From Candidatus Altiarchaeota archaeon (GTDB lineage Archaea > Altiarchaeota > Altiarchaeia > IMC4 > SCGC-AAA252-I15), in NCBI GenBank assembly GCA_043813075.1, contig JBDRLL010000003.1:64001-128000 (forward strand): a DNA stretch of 64,000 bases. Direction: 5' to 3'. How positions within the stretch are numbered: position 1 is the stretch's first letter; every line of letters begins with the position of its first letter. A model generated the notes under the pieces. It worked only from the letters and a program-made list of their open reading frames with translations, did not search any database and had not been told where the DNA came from. A program made the position numbers and the translations under genes. Positions 47,198-57,647 of this stretch are shown one piece after another.

Positions 47198-47712
47198 TGG
47201 AAGACTTCAGGTATCATATGATGGCGGCTGCCGCGATTGCGGTGATACTTTTTCTCATAGGAGTGATGGTGGGGATGGGTTTGGGCTACTATGCCATCCC
47301 ATCGGTGATGGATAGGATTGACCCGACTACGACAACCACTACCAGCAGCACGACGACCACTACTACAAGCACAACGACCACGAGCACAACGACATCCACG
47401 ACTTCAACAACAACCACGACCATGGAGCCGTTCTACGTTTGCGCAGAGGAGTTGATGAGGGACGAGTTCGTTGAAACCGAATGCTACGGGAAGACTAGCG
47501 GAGAATACTACAACAGCTCGATGAAGTCCACAGTATGGTATGTGTTGAACAACACCGCTATCGGAGACCACGCCTCCAACAGGGTGAAGGTGGTGGAAGA
47601 CACCTGCTACTACACCCTCAAGAAGCTGAACTTCCAGGTTGGCGCGCTTTCCACATGCGTGATACCCCAGGAAAGGAACTGCACGCTGGACGCGGACCTC
47701 ATTACAGACTGA
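47194..47712 (+). CDS. Membrane-anchored Thr-rich surface protein with Cys-containing C-terminal domain
   Basis: N-terminal TM helix, ~30-residue Thr/Ser tract, several N-x-S/T sequons. Confidence 0.7.
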   Translation: MMEDFRYHMMAAAAIAVILFLIGVMVGMGLGYYAIPSVMDRIDPTTTTTTSSTTTTTTSTTTTSTTTSTTSTTTTTMEPFYVCAEELMRDEFVETECYGKTSGEYYNSSMKSTVWYVLNNTAIGDHASNRVKVVEDTCYYTLKKLNFQVGALSTCVIPQERNCTLDADLITD

Positions 47713-47772
47713 GGCACCGATTAGTTTAAATTCATCGATACATATTACTAGTATGTTCTCAGGGGTGATGTG

Positions 47773-48015
47773 ATGGAGTATCAGGTTGAAGTGCGCGTAA
47801 GCCTTAAAAAGGGTGTTCTTGACGCTGAAGGCGAGACCGTGCAGAAGTCCCTTAGCCTGCTCGGATTCAGGATAAGCAGGGTCGAGACTGTCAAGACGTA
47901 CGTGATAACCGTCGACGCCGGCTCTGAAGACGCGGCAGTTAAGACCGTTGAAGACGCATGCCAGAGGCTTCTAGCAAACCCGGTCATACAGGAGTATTCC
48001 ATAACGGTGGTGTAG
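47773..48015 (+). CDS. purS: FGAM synthase subunit PurS
   Basis: LKKGVLDAEG and CQRLLANPVIQEY motifs. Confidence 0.95.
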   Translation: MEYQVEVRVSLKKGVLDAEGETVQKSLSLLGFRISRVETVKTYVITVDAGSEDAAVKTVEDACQRLLANPVIQEYSITVV

Positions 48016-50325
48016 TTGTACAAGAAGATAGTCGAACACGTCTACGAAGTAGACCTGCTCAACGCAACAGACGATGAGTTAAAACAAGTGACTGCCGAAC
48101 GGAGTCTCGGCCTATCGCTCGGCGAGATGAAGATGGTGAGAGACCACTTCAAGAACGAAGGCAGGAACCCCAGGGACGTTGAGCTGGAGGCCATAGCCCA
48201 GAGCTGGAGTGAACACTGCTGCTACAAGACGAGCAAACCCATACTGAAGGATACTGTATTCAACATCAAGGCCCCGCAGAACATCTGCGTGATAAGCGAG
48301 GACGCGGGTGTCGTGGACTTCGATGATAAACACGCCTATGTTGTGGCGCTTGAGTCTCACAATCACCCGTCTGCGCTAGACCCGTATGGTGGGGCGGCTA
48401 CTGGAGTCGGCGGGATACTGCGTGATGTCGTGTGCATGGGCGCGCAGCCTATCGCATTGATTGACCCGCTGTTTTTCGGCCCGCTCGATTATGATGAGAA
48501 GAAGCTTCCTAAGGGCGTCAAACATCCTAGATACTTGTTTCACGGCGTGATAGCGGGGATAGCGGACTATGGTAATCGCGTGGGCGTGCCAACTATCGCG
48601 GGCATGGTGTGTTTTGACGAGAGCTACGTCTCGAACTGCCTGGTTAACGTTGGTTGCATCGGGATACTGCCGAAGGACGAGATAATACACAGCAGGGCTG
48701 GCGGTTCAGGCGACGTCTTCATACTTGCTGGCGGCAAGACGGGGCGTGACGGGATTCACGGCGTCACATTCGCTTCCGCTGAACTGCATGAGGAGAGTGA
48801 CGAGGAAAGCAGGCCTGCAGTCCAACTGGGTTACGCGATAATGAAGGAGCCGTTGACACACGCATGTCTTGAAGCCAACAGGAAGAAGCTTTTGACTGGC
48901 ATGAAGGATTTCGGGGGAGGTGGGTTGAGCTGTGTTTCAGCGGAGATGGCGCATTCAGCCGGACTTGGCGCGACAATACGCTTGGACAATGTAATGCTGA
49001 AGGAGCCGGGGCTGGCGCCCTGGGAGATATGGGTGTCGGAGAGCCAGGAACGCATGCTGGTTTCGGTTAAGCCTGAAAACGTGGACAGCGTACTTGAGAT
49101 ATTCGACTTCTGGGATGTTCCCGCCGCAGTCGTCGGAGAGGTCGACGATTCCGGGAGGATAAAGGCCACATACCAGGGCGTTGAAGTCCTGAACCTTGAG
49201 TTGGAGTACCTGATAAAGGGTGTGTGCTACAACAGGCCCTACAGGAAGCCTCAAGCCTGCCTGACTGAGGTGGAATTCGAGATGCCTGAACTCGGTGATG
49301 CTTGCATGAGAATTCTTAACATGCAGAATGTTGGCAGCAGGGAGACGATAGTGAGGCGCTATGACCATGAAGTCAGGGGCAGCACAGTCATCAAGCCCAT
49401 GCAGGGCGTGGTCAACAGGCAGACTCACGGGGATGCTTCCGTCTTGAAGCCTCTTGAAGACTCCTATCAGGGCCTTTCAATCACATCCGACGTGAACCCT
49501 TTCCTATGCAGGGCTGACCCATATTGGGGTTCTGCGAGCGCTGTGGACGAGGTCGTGAGGAACCTTGTGGCGGTAAACAGCATGCCACACTCTATGGCTG
49601 ACTGCCTTAACTTCGGGAACCCGGAGAAGGAGGAGCGGCTCGGGGACTTCGTGTCAGCTACGGAGGGATTATATTTCGCGGCTAACGCTTATGGGATACC
49701 ATTCGTTTCAGGGAACGTGAGCTTATACAATGAGGCTCCGAAGGGGCCGATAGCGCCGACACCCACACTCCTGGGGGTGGGGATAGTTAAGGACGTTAGG
49801 AAGTGCGTGACCTCGGACTTGAAGGATGAGGGCAGCATAGTATACCTGATAGGGGAGACGATGAGGGAGATGCGCGGCTCCCAGTACTACCGCATGATGA
49901 ATCTGGATGGCGGATGCGTTCCGACAGTAGACCCAGGTAAGACCAAGAAGAGCATGGAAGAACTGCTGGCCGCCATGGACAAGGGCATCGTTAGGAGCTG
50001 CCATGACCTGAGCGAAGGCGGGCTGCTCGTCGCCCTGGCTGAAATGTGCTTTGGCGGGGATATGGGTGTTGAAGCGGACTTGAACGGGATGGGAGACTTG
50101 CGGACAGACTTCAAACTGTTCAGCGAGTCCAACAGCAGGTGGCTTGTTGAGGTATCTCCAGGTAAGGCGGATGAGTTCGAGGAGAATGTGGGTTGCGTCA
50201 AGATTGGGGTCGTAAAGTCGGCTAAGAAAATCGTATTGTCTGATGGTGATGTCAAAATCGAATTGAGTCTCGAGGAGTTAAGAGACAGGTGGGATTCCGC
50301 GATAGGCAGGGAGGTCCCGGAATGA
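48016..50325 (+). CDS. purL: FGAM synthase subunit PurL
   Basis: WSEHCCYK, ESHNHPS, GAATGVGGILRD, SESQERM, NFGNPE and SGNVSLYN motifs; TTG start. Confidence 0.97.
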   Translation: MYKKIVEHVYEVDLLNATDDELKQVTAERSLGLSLGEMKMVRDHFKNEGRNPRDVELEAIAQSWSEHCCYKTSKPILKDTVFNIKAPQNICVISEDAGVVDFDDKHAYVVALESHNHPSALDPYGGAATGVGGILRDVVCMGAQPIALIDPLFFGPLDYDEKKLPKGVKHPRYLFHGVIAGIADYGNRVGVPTIAGMVCFDESYVSNCLVNVGCIGILPKDEIIHSRAGGSGDVFILAGGKTGRDGIHGVTFASAELHEESDEESRPAVQLGYAIMKEPLTHACLEANRKKLLTGMKDFGGGGLSCVSAEMAHSAGLGATIRLDNVMLKEPGLAPWEIWVSESQERMLVSVKPENVDSVLEIFDFWDVPAAVVGEVDDSGRIKATYQGVEVLNLELEYLIKGVCYNRPYRKPQACLTEVEFEMPELGDACMRILNMQNVGSRETIVRRYDHEVRGSTVIKPMQGVVNRQTHGDASVLKPLEDSYQGLSITSDVNPFLCRADPYWGSASAVDEVVRNLVAVNSMPHSMADCLNFGNPEKEERLGDFVSATEGLYFAANAYGIPFVSGNVSLYNEAPKGPIAPTPTLLGVGIVKDVRKCVTSDLKDEGSIVYLIGETMREMRGSQYYRMMNLDGGCVPTVDPGKTKKSMEELLAAMDKGIVRSCHDLSEGGLLVALAEMCFGGDMGVEADLNGMGDLRTDFKLFSESNSRWLVEVSPGKADEFEENVGCVKIGVVKSAKKIVLSDGDVKIELSLEELRDRWDSAIGREVPE

Positions 50326-51125
50326 AGGCGTGCATACTATTGATAGAAGGCACCAACTGCGAGGACGAGAGTGTGAGAGCCTTCAAAAGCGTCGGCATAG
50401 ACGCGGAGAAAGTACACCTGAAGCAGCTGACTGGAGAATGCGTGTCAGAGAGGATGAGGAACCTTGATGAATATGACGCGCTCTTCATACCGGGAGGATG
50501 GAGTGCCGGCGACTACATACGTGCTGGCGCCATATTCGCAGCGAGAATGAAGGCGAAGCTAGGGCCCGCACTAAGGAAATTCACTGAAGACGGGAGGATC
50601 ATAGTGGGCGTTTGTAACGGCTTCCAGGTGCTTGTTGAATCCGGACTGCTGCCTGGATTCGATGGGATAAGCGAACGCCCGGAGGCGGTGCTAACAATCA
50701 ACGCTTCGAACAGATTCCAGTGCAGGCCATCATTCCTAAAGCACGTTAACAAGTGCAGCATCACCTCGCGCATCCCTGAAGGCAGGGTGCTCCAGGTGCC
50801 GGTCGCGCATGCGGAAGGCAGGCTCAGTTTCGGGTCCAGGAACGATGAATTTCTGGGTAAGCTGGTTGACGGCGGGCAGATAGTGTTCAGATACTGCAGA
50901 AGCGATGGCGTTGACGCGGAAGGGGAGTTCCCATGGAACCCGAACGGATCGCTCTATGACATTGCAGGCATCTGCAATCCTGAAGGCAGCATACTCGGCA
51001 TGATGCCGCATCCTGAGCGGGTCATAGAACCTGTACAGCAGGCGGACTGGACCCGTAAAAAATACGTGGAGGGCGAAGGCAGGATATTCTTCGAAAGCAT
51101 CAGGGACTACCTCAAGTCCAAGTGA
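50322..51125 (+). CDS. purQ: FGAM synthase subunit PurQ
   Basis: GTNC, PGGWSAGDY, GVCNGFQ, AHAEG, NPNGS and MMPHPER motifs. Confidence 0.97.
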   Translation: MKACILLIEGTNCEDESVRAFKSVGIDAEKVHLKQLTGECVSERMRNLDEYDALFIPGGWSAGDYIRAGAIFAARMKAKLGPALRKFTEDGRIIVGVCNGFQVLVESGLLPGFDGISERPEAVLTINASNRFQCRPSFLKHVNKCSITSRIPEGRVLQVPVAHAEGRLSFGSRNDEFLGKLVDGGQIVFRYCRSDGVDAEGEFPWNPNGSLYDIAGICNPEGSILGMMPHPERVIEPVQQADWTRKKYVEGEGRIFFESIRDYLKSK

Positions 51126-51616
51126 ACGCCCTTAGGTATGTCGGAGATGAAAGACATGTTGCCCTGCATCTTGTTCTCGAAACCGCACGTTGTCTTCAGG
51201 TCGTCGCCGCAGACGAACTTAACGTCCGCGAACAACAATCCCTGCTTTATGAGGAGGGCTATTGAATCACCCTCTGAAAGCAGTGGTTTTCCAGACCTTG
51301 TTGATAGAATGCATTCATCCATGACGCATGACAGCATAATTCTTTCCAACGCATAACATTCCATCCTGCACTCATCGCACGTCTGGATGCACAAGTCATT
51401 TACCACTTCCAGATGATTCCCGGTCACACTATACCGCCACTCATATCCGTTAAGAGAGTGGATGAGAAAACGTTCCGGCGCGGTAGCACCATACATGAAG
51501 TACCCGCCAGACATGAATGCCATGAGGCCTATCGCAAGATGCAGTAGAGTGAAGATCGCAGTCAACAGGATTATGCGCCGGACCCTAGCAGATTTTTCTG
51601 GCGTGCCAGGGTTCAT
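51107..51616 (-). CDS. Cys-rich membrane-anchored hypothetical protein
   Basis: One N-terminal TM helix and eight Cys; overlaps the PCNA stop. Confidence 0.55.
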   Translation of the reverse strand: MNPGTPEKSARVRRIILLTAIFTLLHLAIGLMAFMSGGYFMYGATAPERFLIHSLNGYEWRYSVTGNHLEVVNDLCIQTCDECRMECYALERIMLSCVMDECILSTRSGKPLLSEGDSIALLIKQGLLFADVKFVCGDDLKTTCGFENKMQGNMSFISDIPKGVHLDLR

Positions 51617-52344
51617 ACGCTCTCTATCCGTGGTGCTAGGTAATAGACAACCCTCCCGTCACCTATAGCATACTCGACCCGTAGTGGGGCGTCGGAACGT
51701 AGCTTGAGTGTGACCACGCTCGGCGCCTCAGCAGCCTTCAGTATGTTGTTCAAATGGTCTAGACTAAACACGGCACGAGACTCCTTGCTGACATTGACAC
51801 TCAAAACCTTCTCTTCAGGAAACTGTATGTCCACGCTACCGGTGTCGCCGTCACTTTTTATGCTGAAACCGCCGTCAAGCTTCAACTCCACGTGATTGCT
51901 CACCAGCTCAGCATCCTTGAGAGCTTCTTTTAGTATGTTAGGCGCAATCTTCACTTCAGCGGTGAATTCGATTGAAGGCTCCTTCGGCGGGTTTGAAGAA
52001 GCATCGATGACTGAGACGCTGAAGCTTCTCTTGGTCTCGCCGCGGAATACCATCTTAAGCCGCTGGTCTAGCGTCAAGTCAATCCGGTCCTCAGGCTTTG
52101 AACGCTTGGTTATCTTGTTCAGCTCAGCGAAGTCTATCCCAATGTTGGTGGGATTGTCAACCGAGAACTTCTCGAACGCGCTCCCTGAAAGCTCAAAGTC
52201 CACGAGAGCAATCTGAGAGGGGTCCATCGCACGAAGCTTAAGGCCTTCCTTGCTTATCTGGAAGGTGCCCTCGTCAATCAAGGCTGCAATAGCCTCAATG
52301 CTACTCCTCCAAGACTTAGTGTCGTTAATCGTTGCCTGAAACAT
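51613..52344 (-). CDS. pcn: DNA polymerase sliding clamp PCNA
   Basis: LRAMDPSQIALV and YYLAPRIE motifs. Confidence 0.96.
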   Translation of the reverse strand: MFQATINDTKSWRSSIEAIAALIDEGTFQISKEGLKLRAMDPSQIALVDFELSGSAFEKFSVDNPTNIGIDFAELNKITKRSKPEDRIDLTLDQRLKMVFRGETKRSFSVSVIDASSNPPKEPSIEFTAEVKIAPNILKEALKDAELVSNHVELKLDGGFSIKSDGDTGSVDIQFPEEKVLSVNVSKESRAVFSLDHLNNILKAAEAPSVVTLKLRSDAPLRVEYAIGDGRVVYYLAPRIESV

Positions 52345-52406
52345 CAAAACACCCCAACCTAATGATGATATTAATTAACGAGTCAGGATATAAAAGCAGG
52401 AACACG

Positions 52407-53957
52407 TCATATCGTGCTTAGCCTTCTGACCACAAAATCCCGGTCCAACGTAAGCAGGAACATGGCCGCCTTAGGGCCCTTCCGCTTGCCTATAAGCGCC
52501 AGGTATATGGCCTCAAAGACCTGTTTTGGGTCTTCACCAACGTTCCTTGAAGTCTCGTATATCCGCTTGTGGAAGTCTTCAGGCTTCCATTCTTTCCCAA
52601 GCTCCTGTGAAATCTTCTTCAATGCTTCTAACTGTTTTTCAGTGAGGGAGTCGGATATTTTAGCTGCCTCCCCGTCGTCTATGAGATGGAAGAGTAGGTA
52701 TTCTGGACCGTGCTTCTGAACCCATGTTCCCGCCAGTCTTGTGCGTTCCTTGAGGCGTTTTTCAGAGAATCCATCGTAGCCCATGGAGGACACCCGGTCG
52801 GACAGCATGCGTTCATTGTCTTCCGGTATTATCTGCGCCAAGACCGCGCAGAGGGTGAATGGGACGTTAAGGTATTCTGGCTCCCCAATCTGGGACAGGC
52901 TGTACATCTCCTTGAATCCTGCGTCACCCTCTTCCTTGCAGAAGTACACGCGTTCCGCGGTGTCGTATTCGTCTGTCAGCGATGTTAGGCTGGATAGGTT
53001 TATGTCCCTCTGCTTCTGAAGCCTCTTGTACATGAAGTACTTCAGTACTTCAGGCTCCGCTATCTCAAGCCAGTCTGAGAGCGTTATCACATTGCCTTGG
53101 GAGCTGGATATCTTAGCCCCGTTGAGGGTGAAGAACTCGTAGACCACAGGCAACGGCGGCTGCCAGCCGAATACTTCCTGGGATATTATCTTGCTGGTGT
53201 CATAGCTTCCGCCTGATGCTGCATGCTCTTTCCCGAAGGGCTCGCACGTGACCTTAAAGTGGTGCCATCGCGCAGCCCATTCGACACGCCAGGGAAGCTT
53301 GCCCATACCCTGCGAAGCGTCGCTGACGCCTTTGAAGCCGCATCCCTCAACCTCCCCGCCTGAAACATCCGTGGTAACGCACTCGTAGCTGACGTTCATA
53401 CCGTCGATGCCGGTCACATTAGTCGTGGATATCCTCCCGCATCCATCGCATACCGGAGTCCATGGAACATAGTCTTCAGGCAGCGGGTCGCTCCTGAACC
53501 TGTTGAGTATTTCACGTATCTTATCCCGCGTCTTGAAGGAGGTCCGTATCTCGTCGAGTAATGCGCCTGTACGGTACAATTCTGTTCCAGAGTATACCGT
53601 GGGGTTGACGCCGAATTTCTCCAAGTCCTCTAGGAACGGTTTTGCCATGTGGTCTACGAAATTGCTGTGGCAGCCGTGGGGGTCAGGGATGTCCTTGACT
53701 GGGAAACCCAGATGATCGCGGAGGGACTCCATGCCTGCAGGCACCTTGCGGAATGGGTCGCTGTCATCAGATATCCATATCAACTCCGCATCTTGGCCGG
53801 ACGCCGCCAAAGCCTTCCTGACGCAGTCCCCCCTTATAACGTCGCTGGCGTTGCCAACGTGGGGTATGCCGGATATGCTCGTCCCGGTGGCGATAACATG
53901 GCTACCACCCCGACCAACCAATCCCTCGACTATCTCGTCACTCCAATGCATGACCAT
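52407..53957 (-). CDS. lysS: Class I lysyl-tRNA synthetase
   Basis: MHWSD, SGIPHVGN, KLPWRVEWAARW, EPFGKEH and KISSSQGN motifs. Confidence 0.96.
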   Translation of the reverse strand: MVMHWSDEIVEGLVGRGGSHVIATGTSISGIPHVGNASDVIRGDCVRKALAASGQDAELIWISDDSDPFRKVPAGMESLRDHLGFPVKDIPDPHGCHSNFVDHMAKPFLEDLEKFGVNPTVYSGTELYRTGALLDEIRTSFKTRDKIREILNRFRSDPLPEDYVPWTPVCDGCGRISTTNVTGIDGMNVSYECVTTDVSGGEVEGCGFKGVSDASQGMGKLPWRVEWAARWHHFKVTCEPFGKEHAASGGSYDTSKIISQEVFGWQPPLPVVYEFFTLNGAKISSSQGNVITLSDWLEIAEPEVLKYFMYKRLQKQRDINLSSLTSLTDEYDTAERVYFCKEEGDAGFKEMYSLSQIGEPEYLNVPFTLCAVLAQIIPEDNERMLSDRVSSMGYDGFSEKRLKERTRLAGTWVQKHGPEYLLFHLIDDGEAAKISDSLTEKQLEALKKISQELGKEWKPEDFHKRIYETSRNVGEDPKQVFEAIYLALIGKRKGPKAAMFLLTLDRDFVVRRLSTI

Positions 53958-54026
53958 ATATTATTAAAATACAGCATAATATTAACCGGCGGTATGATGA
54001 TGCGAACAACCTCTGAATTGTGATGA

Positions 54027-54218
54027 GTGATGGGCGACCTGACCGCCATTCTGGGTGTGTCCAATGTTAAGGACGGTGTTCTTGGGGTTATGGCCGCTAA
54101 ATTCAGGGATAACCTGCAGGAGTACGGGCCATATGACGGGATTACCTTAGCAGAGGGCGGGTCAAACCTTGACGAGCTGGTTACGAGACAATTAATTAGT
54201 TTCGATTATACAAGTTAA
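54027..54218 (+). CDS. Short hypothetical ORF (possible remnant)
   Basis: 63-aa ORF filling the intergenic space; no motif. Confidence 0.3.
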   Translation: MMGDLTAILGVSNVKDGVLGVMAAKFRDNLQEYGPYDGITLAEGGSNLDELVTRQLISFDYTS

Positions 54219-54226
54219 TTGACAAG

Positions 54227-55501
54227 ATGAAAGTGGGTTACCTGCACCTAGGGCCCCCTAAACATGGCGTTTGCCGTTACGGGATGCTCCTCGCCGAGGA
54301 AGCCAAGACTAGGAGTGACTTGGAGGTGATGGAGGAGAGGATTATCCTGGGGGATGATTATGGGAAGAACCGGAGGATGCTTGCTAATGCGGGGAAGAGG
54401 CTTTCTGCCGCAGATGTCGTGCACATCCAGTACACGAGGTACCCTGACCTAGTGTGGGGTAAAGGTTTCGATCACGTCCGCAATATGCTGGTGTTCATGA
54501 TGCACTGCAGGACACTGGTGGTCACCACACTCCACGACGTCTATCTGAACGAGTATTTCACTCCCGGGATGGTACTGGGTTTTTACGCGAAATACTTCAA
54601 GGGGATGCTGTCAGGTATTTTCAATGGCAGGAGAAGGGAGACCAGTCTGAGGGAATTGTATCTGAAGGCAAGGCCCAGCCTCGGGTACCTGCTTGCCACT
54701 AAGATGATATCCTTCAAGTCAAGCCTGGTTCTAGTATGCTCTAGGGAGGAGAGGAAGAGGATAAAGAGCTTCGTGAAGATTAGAAAAATCAGGGTCATAA
54801 ACCATTTCGTGGAAAAAAGGGATCCCCACACGAAGTCCGACGCTGAGAAGGCAAAGAAAAAGCTCGGATTAGAAGGGCATCGGGTGATAACACTGCTAGG
54901 ATTCTTATGGGGTTCTAAGGGGCACAGGATGGTTGTAGAGTCAATCCCTCTTCTGCCAGAGGACGTGACCGTGGTTTTCGCTGGGGGGCCGGGCTTGAAA
55001 CAGGAGGAGACTGAGGACATAGTCTGGATGCTTACACTTTTGGCCAGGAGGCTTCGTGTCTCATCAAGACTTAGGATAACTGGTTATCTGCCGGATGACA
55101 AGCTCGAGGAGTACATTATCGCAACAGACCTGGCGGTATGCCCGTTCATAAACATGGCGAGCTCGGGATCCCTATCCACCTGGATTTCATACGCGCGGCC
55201 GATACTCGCATCCAGGCTCCCTCAGATGAGGGAGTATAACGCGATGGAGCCCGGTTCGATACGTTTTTTCGAACCATACAACAGCAGGGGGTTCGCGATA
55301 GCGGTTGACAGGGAATTGGAGACTTGCAGCCTGAAGGATGACGCTAGGGTGGCTGGGCTCAGGAGCAGGATGATCATCCCAGTCGCCTTCGACAAACACC
55401 TGGAATGCTTTAAACGCATCATAAAGCAGAATAATAGTAAAGAAAACCTAAGGGATACAGATGGATTACGACATAAAACGCTCGATAGAACACCTGCTTG
55501 A
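54227..55501 (+). CDS. GT4 family glycosyltransferase
   Basis: GVCRY, VHIQY, TTLHD, LGFLWGSKG and DLAVCPF...SSGSL motifs. Confidence 0.87.
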   Translation: MKVGYLHLGPPKHGVCRYGMLLAEEAKTRSDLEVMEERIILGDDYGKNRRMLANAGKRLSAADVVHIQYTRYPDLVWGKGFDHVRNMLVFMMHCRTLVVTTLHDVYLNEYFTPGMVLGFYAKYFKGMLSGIFNGRRRETSLRELYLKARPSLGYLLATKMISFKSSLVLVCSREERKRIKSFVKIRKIRVINHFVEKRDPHTKSDAEKAKKKLGLEGHRVITLLGFLWGSKGHRMVVESIPLLPEDVTVVFAGGPGLKQEETEDIVWMLTLLARRLRVSSRLRITGYLPDDKLEEYIIATDLAVCPFINMASSGSLSTWISYARPILASRLPQMREYNAMEPGSIRFFEPYNSRGFAIAVDRELETCSLKDDARVAGLRSRMIIPVAFDKHLECFKRIIKQNNSKENLRDTDGLRHKTLDRTPA

Positions 55502-56342
55502 GACCAACAACGTGAGGAGGAGCCTCTGGCACATGGACAACAAGGTTGAGGACCTGGTGTACGGCATACGCCAGGGAGACGACTCGGTTGTCGTTGGGGA
55601 CATGATATTCAACATGGAGGGCCCATACCCCCTCAAGACCGGGAGGAAGACAGGCCTCATACACACTTGCAGCGACATAGTGGTTATGGGCGGGAGGCCG
55701 TTGTTCGCATTCAACGCGATGCAGGTGGATTCCATGAAGGAGGCTGATGAGGTTATTGAAGACATCAAGAGGCAGTCGAACGGCCTGGGCGTGCCGATGG
55801 TCGGGGGCAACACACAGATGGAGAACGACCTCAAGCCCTGCGTCTCATTTGCAGTGGTTGGGAGGCTTGTCGGGGAGCCTATCGCCGATGCGGGATGCGT
55901 TGAGGGGGATAGTATGCTGATGCTAGGCGAGATTGTCGAGGGGGATATAGGGGAGAGGGTGTATAGGGCTAAGGTAAAGTATGAGACGTTCCTGGAGATG
56001 CTGGAGGAGAAGGTTGTGGTTCACGCGGCGAAGGATGCGAGCAGGGGAGGATGGTTCGGGAACATGGTCGAGATGCTTGTGAAAAGCAGGCGGGGCGTGA
56101 AGTTGAAGAGCATACCTTATCCGGAGGTATCAAGGTATATGGGCACTTTCCTCATCTCAGTGCCGGAGGTGGAAGTGGACCGTGTTGTGGAAATCGCGTC
56201 CAAGAGAAAGTGTCCTGTCGTCGAAGTCGGTGAGGTGCTGAAGGACACTCATGTTGTCATGGGCAGGAAGAAGCTTGTGAACAAGAAGAAGATGCAGGAA
56301 CTCATACGGGGCATACCCTACAAGAAGCCGAAAAAGGCTTGA
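55461..56342 (+). CDS. AIR synthase-related (PurM/ThiL/SelD superfamily) protein
   Basis: GDDSV, SDIVVMGGRP, VGGNT and AAKDASRGG motifs. Confidence 0.82.
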   Translation: MDYDIKRSIEHLLETNNVRRSLWHMDNKVEDLVYGIRQGDDSVVVGDMIFNMEGPYPLKTGRKTGLIHTCSDIVVMGGRPLFAFNAMQVDSMKEADEVIEDIKRQSNGLGVPMVGGNTQMENDLKPCVSFAVVGRLVGEPIADAGCVEGDSMLMLGEIVEGDIGERVYRAKVKYETFLEMLEEKVVVHAAKDASRGGWFGNMVEMLVKSRRGVKLKSIPYPEVSRYMGTFLISVPEVEVDRVVEIASKRKCPVVEVGEVLKDTHVVMGRKKLVNKKKMQELIRGIPYKKPKKA

Positions 56343-56369
56343 TGACAATCAACAACACCGGTTTTTCAA

Positions 56370-57596
56370 ATGGCAGGAGTGGAGATATCTGTTGTAGTGT
56401 GCACGTACAAGCGTCCGGACTATCTCAGAAAAACGATTAAAAGCCTGGTGACACAGAGTTTAGACGGGGGAAGATACGAGATAATAGTCGTCGACAACGA
56501 GATAAGCGGTGAAACGCGCGGTGTGGTAGACGAATTCGGTGGATACAACGTCAGATACATTCCCGAACCTAGGCTCGGCGCATCATACGCAAGGAACACC
56601 GGATGGATGAATGCTAGCGGGCGTTACATAGCATTCACTGACGACGACGCGATAGCGTATCCTGACTGGCTTGAGAGCATAATAAAAGCATTCGATAGCG
56701 TGAAGCCTAGTCCTGGAGTTGTGGGCGGTAAGGTGGAGCCCATATGGCAGTCCAAACCCCCTGAATGGCTTAGAGGATGGCTGCTGGACCTGCTCACAAT
56801 AGTCGACCATTATGACTCCCCGACGGTTCTGAACGACACCGGAAAATGGCTGGTTGCCATGAACATCGCCTACCCCAGGGAAATCCTAGAGAAATACGGG
56901 GGATGGGACGTTAAGACAGGTAGGAGAGGCGGCAGACTACTGTCCTGCGAGGAAGAGTGGTTGAACGAGAAAATCGCTGGGGACGGCCATCAGATATACT
57001 ACAGTCCAGACATCATCATGAAGCACCACATAATGCCGGAACGTATGACAGTCAAATGGCTTGCCAGAAGGATGTTTTGGAATGGCGTATCGCACGCGGT
57101 AATACAACTGATTAAGGGCGGACGACGGAAAGGCATAAGCTCTCTGATTAAAGATGTCGACTCGCACACACTCAACTACATGGAAAAGGAATACGAAAGC
57201 AAAGTACTGTTAGAGCTTAAGAGAGACTACGACAAGACTTGGGGGGGGAACAATATTGTTAAGGAAGGCATTGATGACTTGATAGTAAGATACAACGACT
57301 ACGGCGGCAGGAAGTCACTAATCAGCGAACTGCGTGAATTAAACCGGAAAAACGAGTGCAGGGGGATAAGAGACCTGCTGGAGAGATACGACGTTAGCAT
57401 GATACCGCTGAAAACAAGGGTGACATACATTTATGCAGTATACAAGGGGCTATGTGAAGACTATGTGGGGCCGGGCGGCCTAAAGAAAAGTGAAAAAGAG
57501 CGCTACTATTCTCTTCTATACGATAGGATAACGTTTATCCTCTACTTATCCGAGAATATCGGATACACGTTGGGTATGACTGGTTTGGTCAATTGA
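56370..57596 (+). CDS. GT2 family glycosyltransferase with C-terminal extension
   Basis: ISVVVCTY, VVDN, GASYARN and FTDDD motifs. Confidence 0.9.
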   Translation: MAGVEISVVVCTYKRPDYLRKTIKSLVTQSLDGGRYEIIVVDNEISGETRGVVDEFGGYNVRYIPEPRLGASYARNTGWMNASGRYIAFTDDDAIAYPDWLESIIKAFDSVKPSPGVVGGKVEPIWQSKPPEWLRGWLLDLLTIVDHYDSPTVLNDTGKWLVAMNIAYPREILEKYGGWDVKTGRRGGRLLSCEEEWLNEKIAGDGHQIYYSPDIIMKHHIMPERMTVKWLARRMFWNGVSHAVIQLIKGGRRKGISSLIKDVDSHTLNYMEKEYESKVLLELKRDYDKTWGGNNIVKEGIDDLIVRYNDYGGRKSLISELRELNRKNECRGIRDLLERYDVSMIPLKTRVTYIYAVYKGLCEDYVGPGGLKKSEKERYYSLLYDRITFILYLSENIGYTLGMTGLVN

Positions 57597-57647
57597 AAAG
57601 CAGCTTCAGGACTCAACTAATAAAACACCAAACCAATGATATAAAAT

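Noticed and set aside
47326-47421. acn-rich tandem-like repeats (also ~6556-6620)
   Set aside because: They encode poly-Thr linkers of surface proteins with varied third codon positions, so they are not DNA-level repeat elements.
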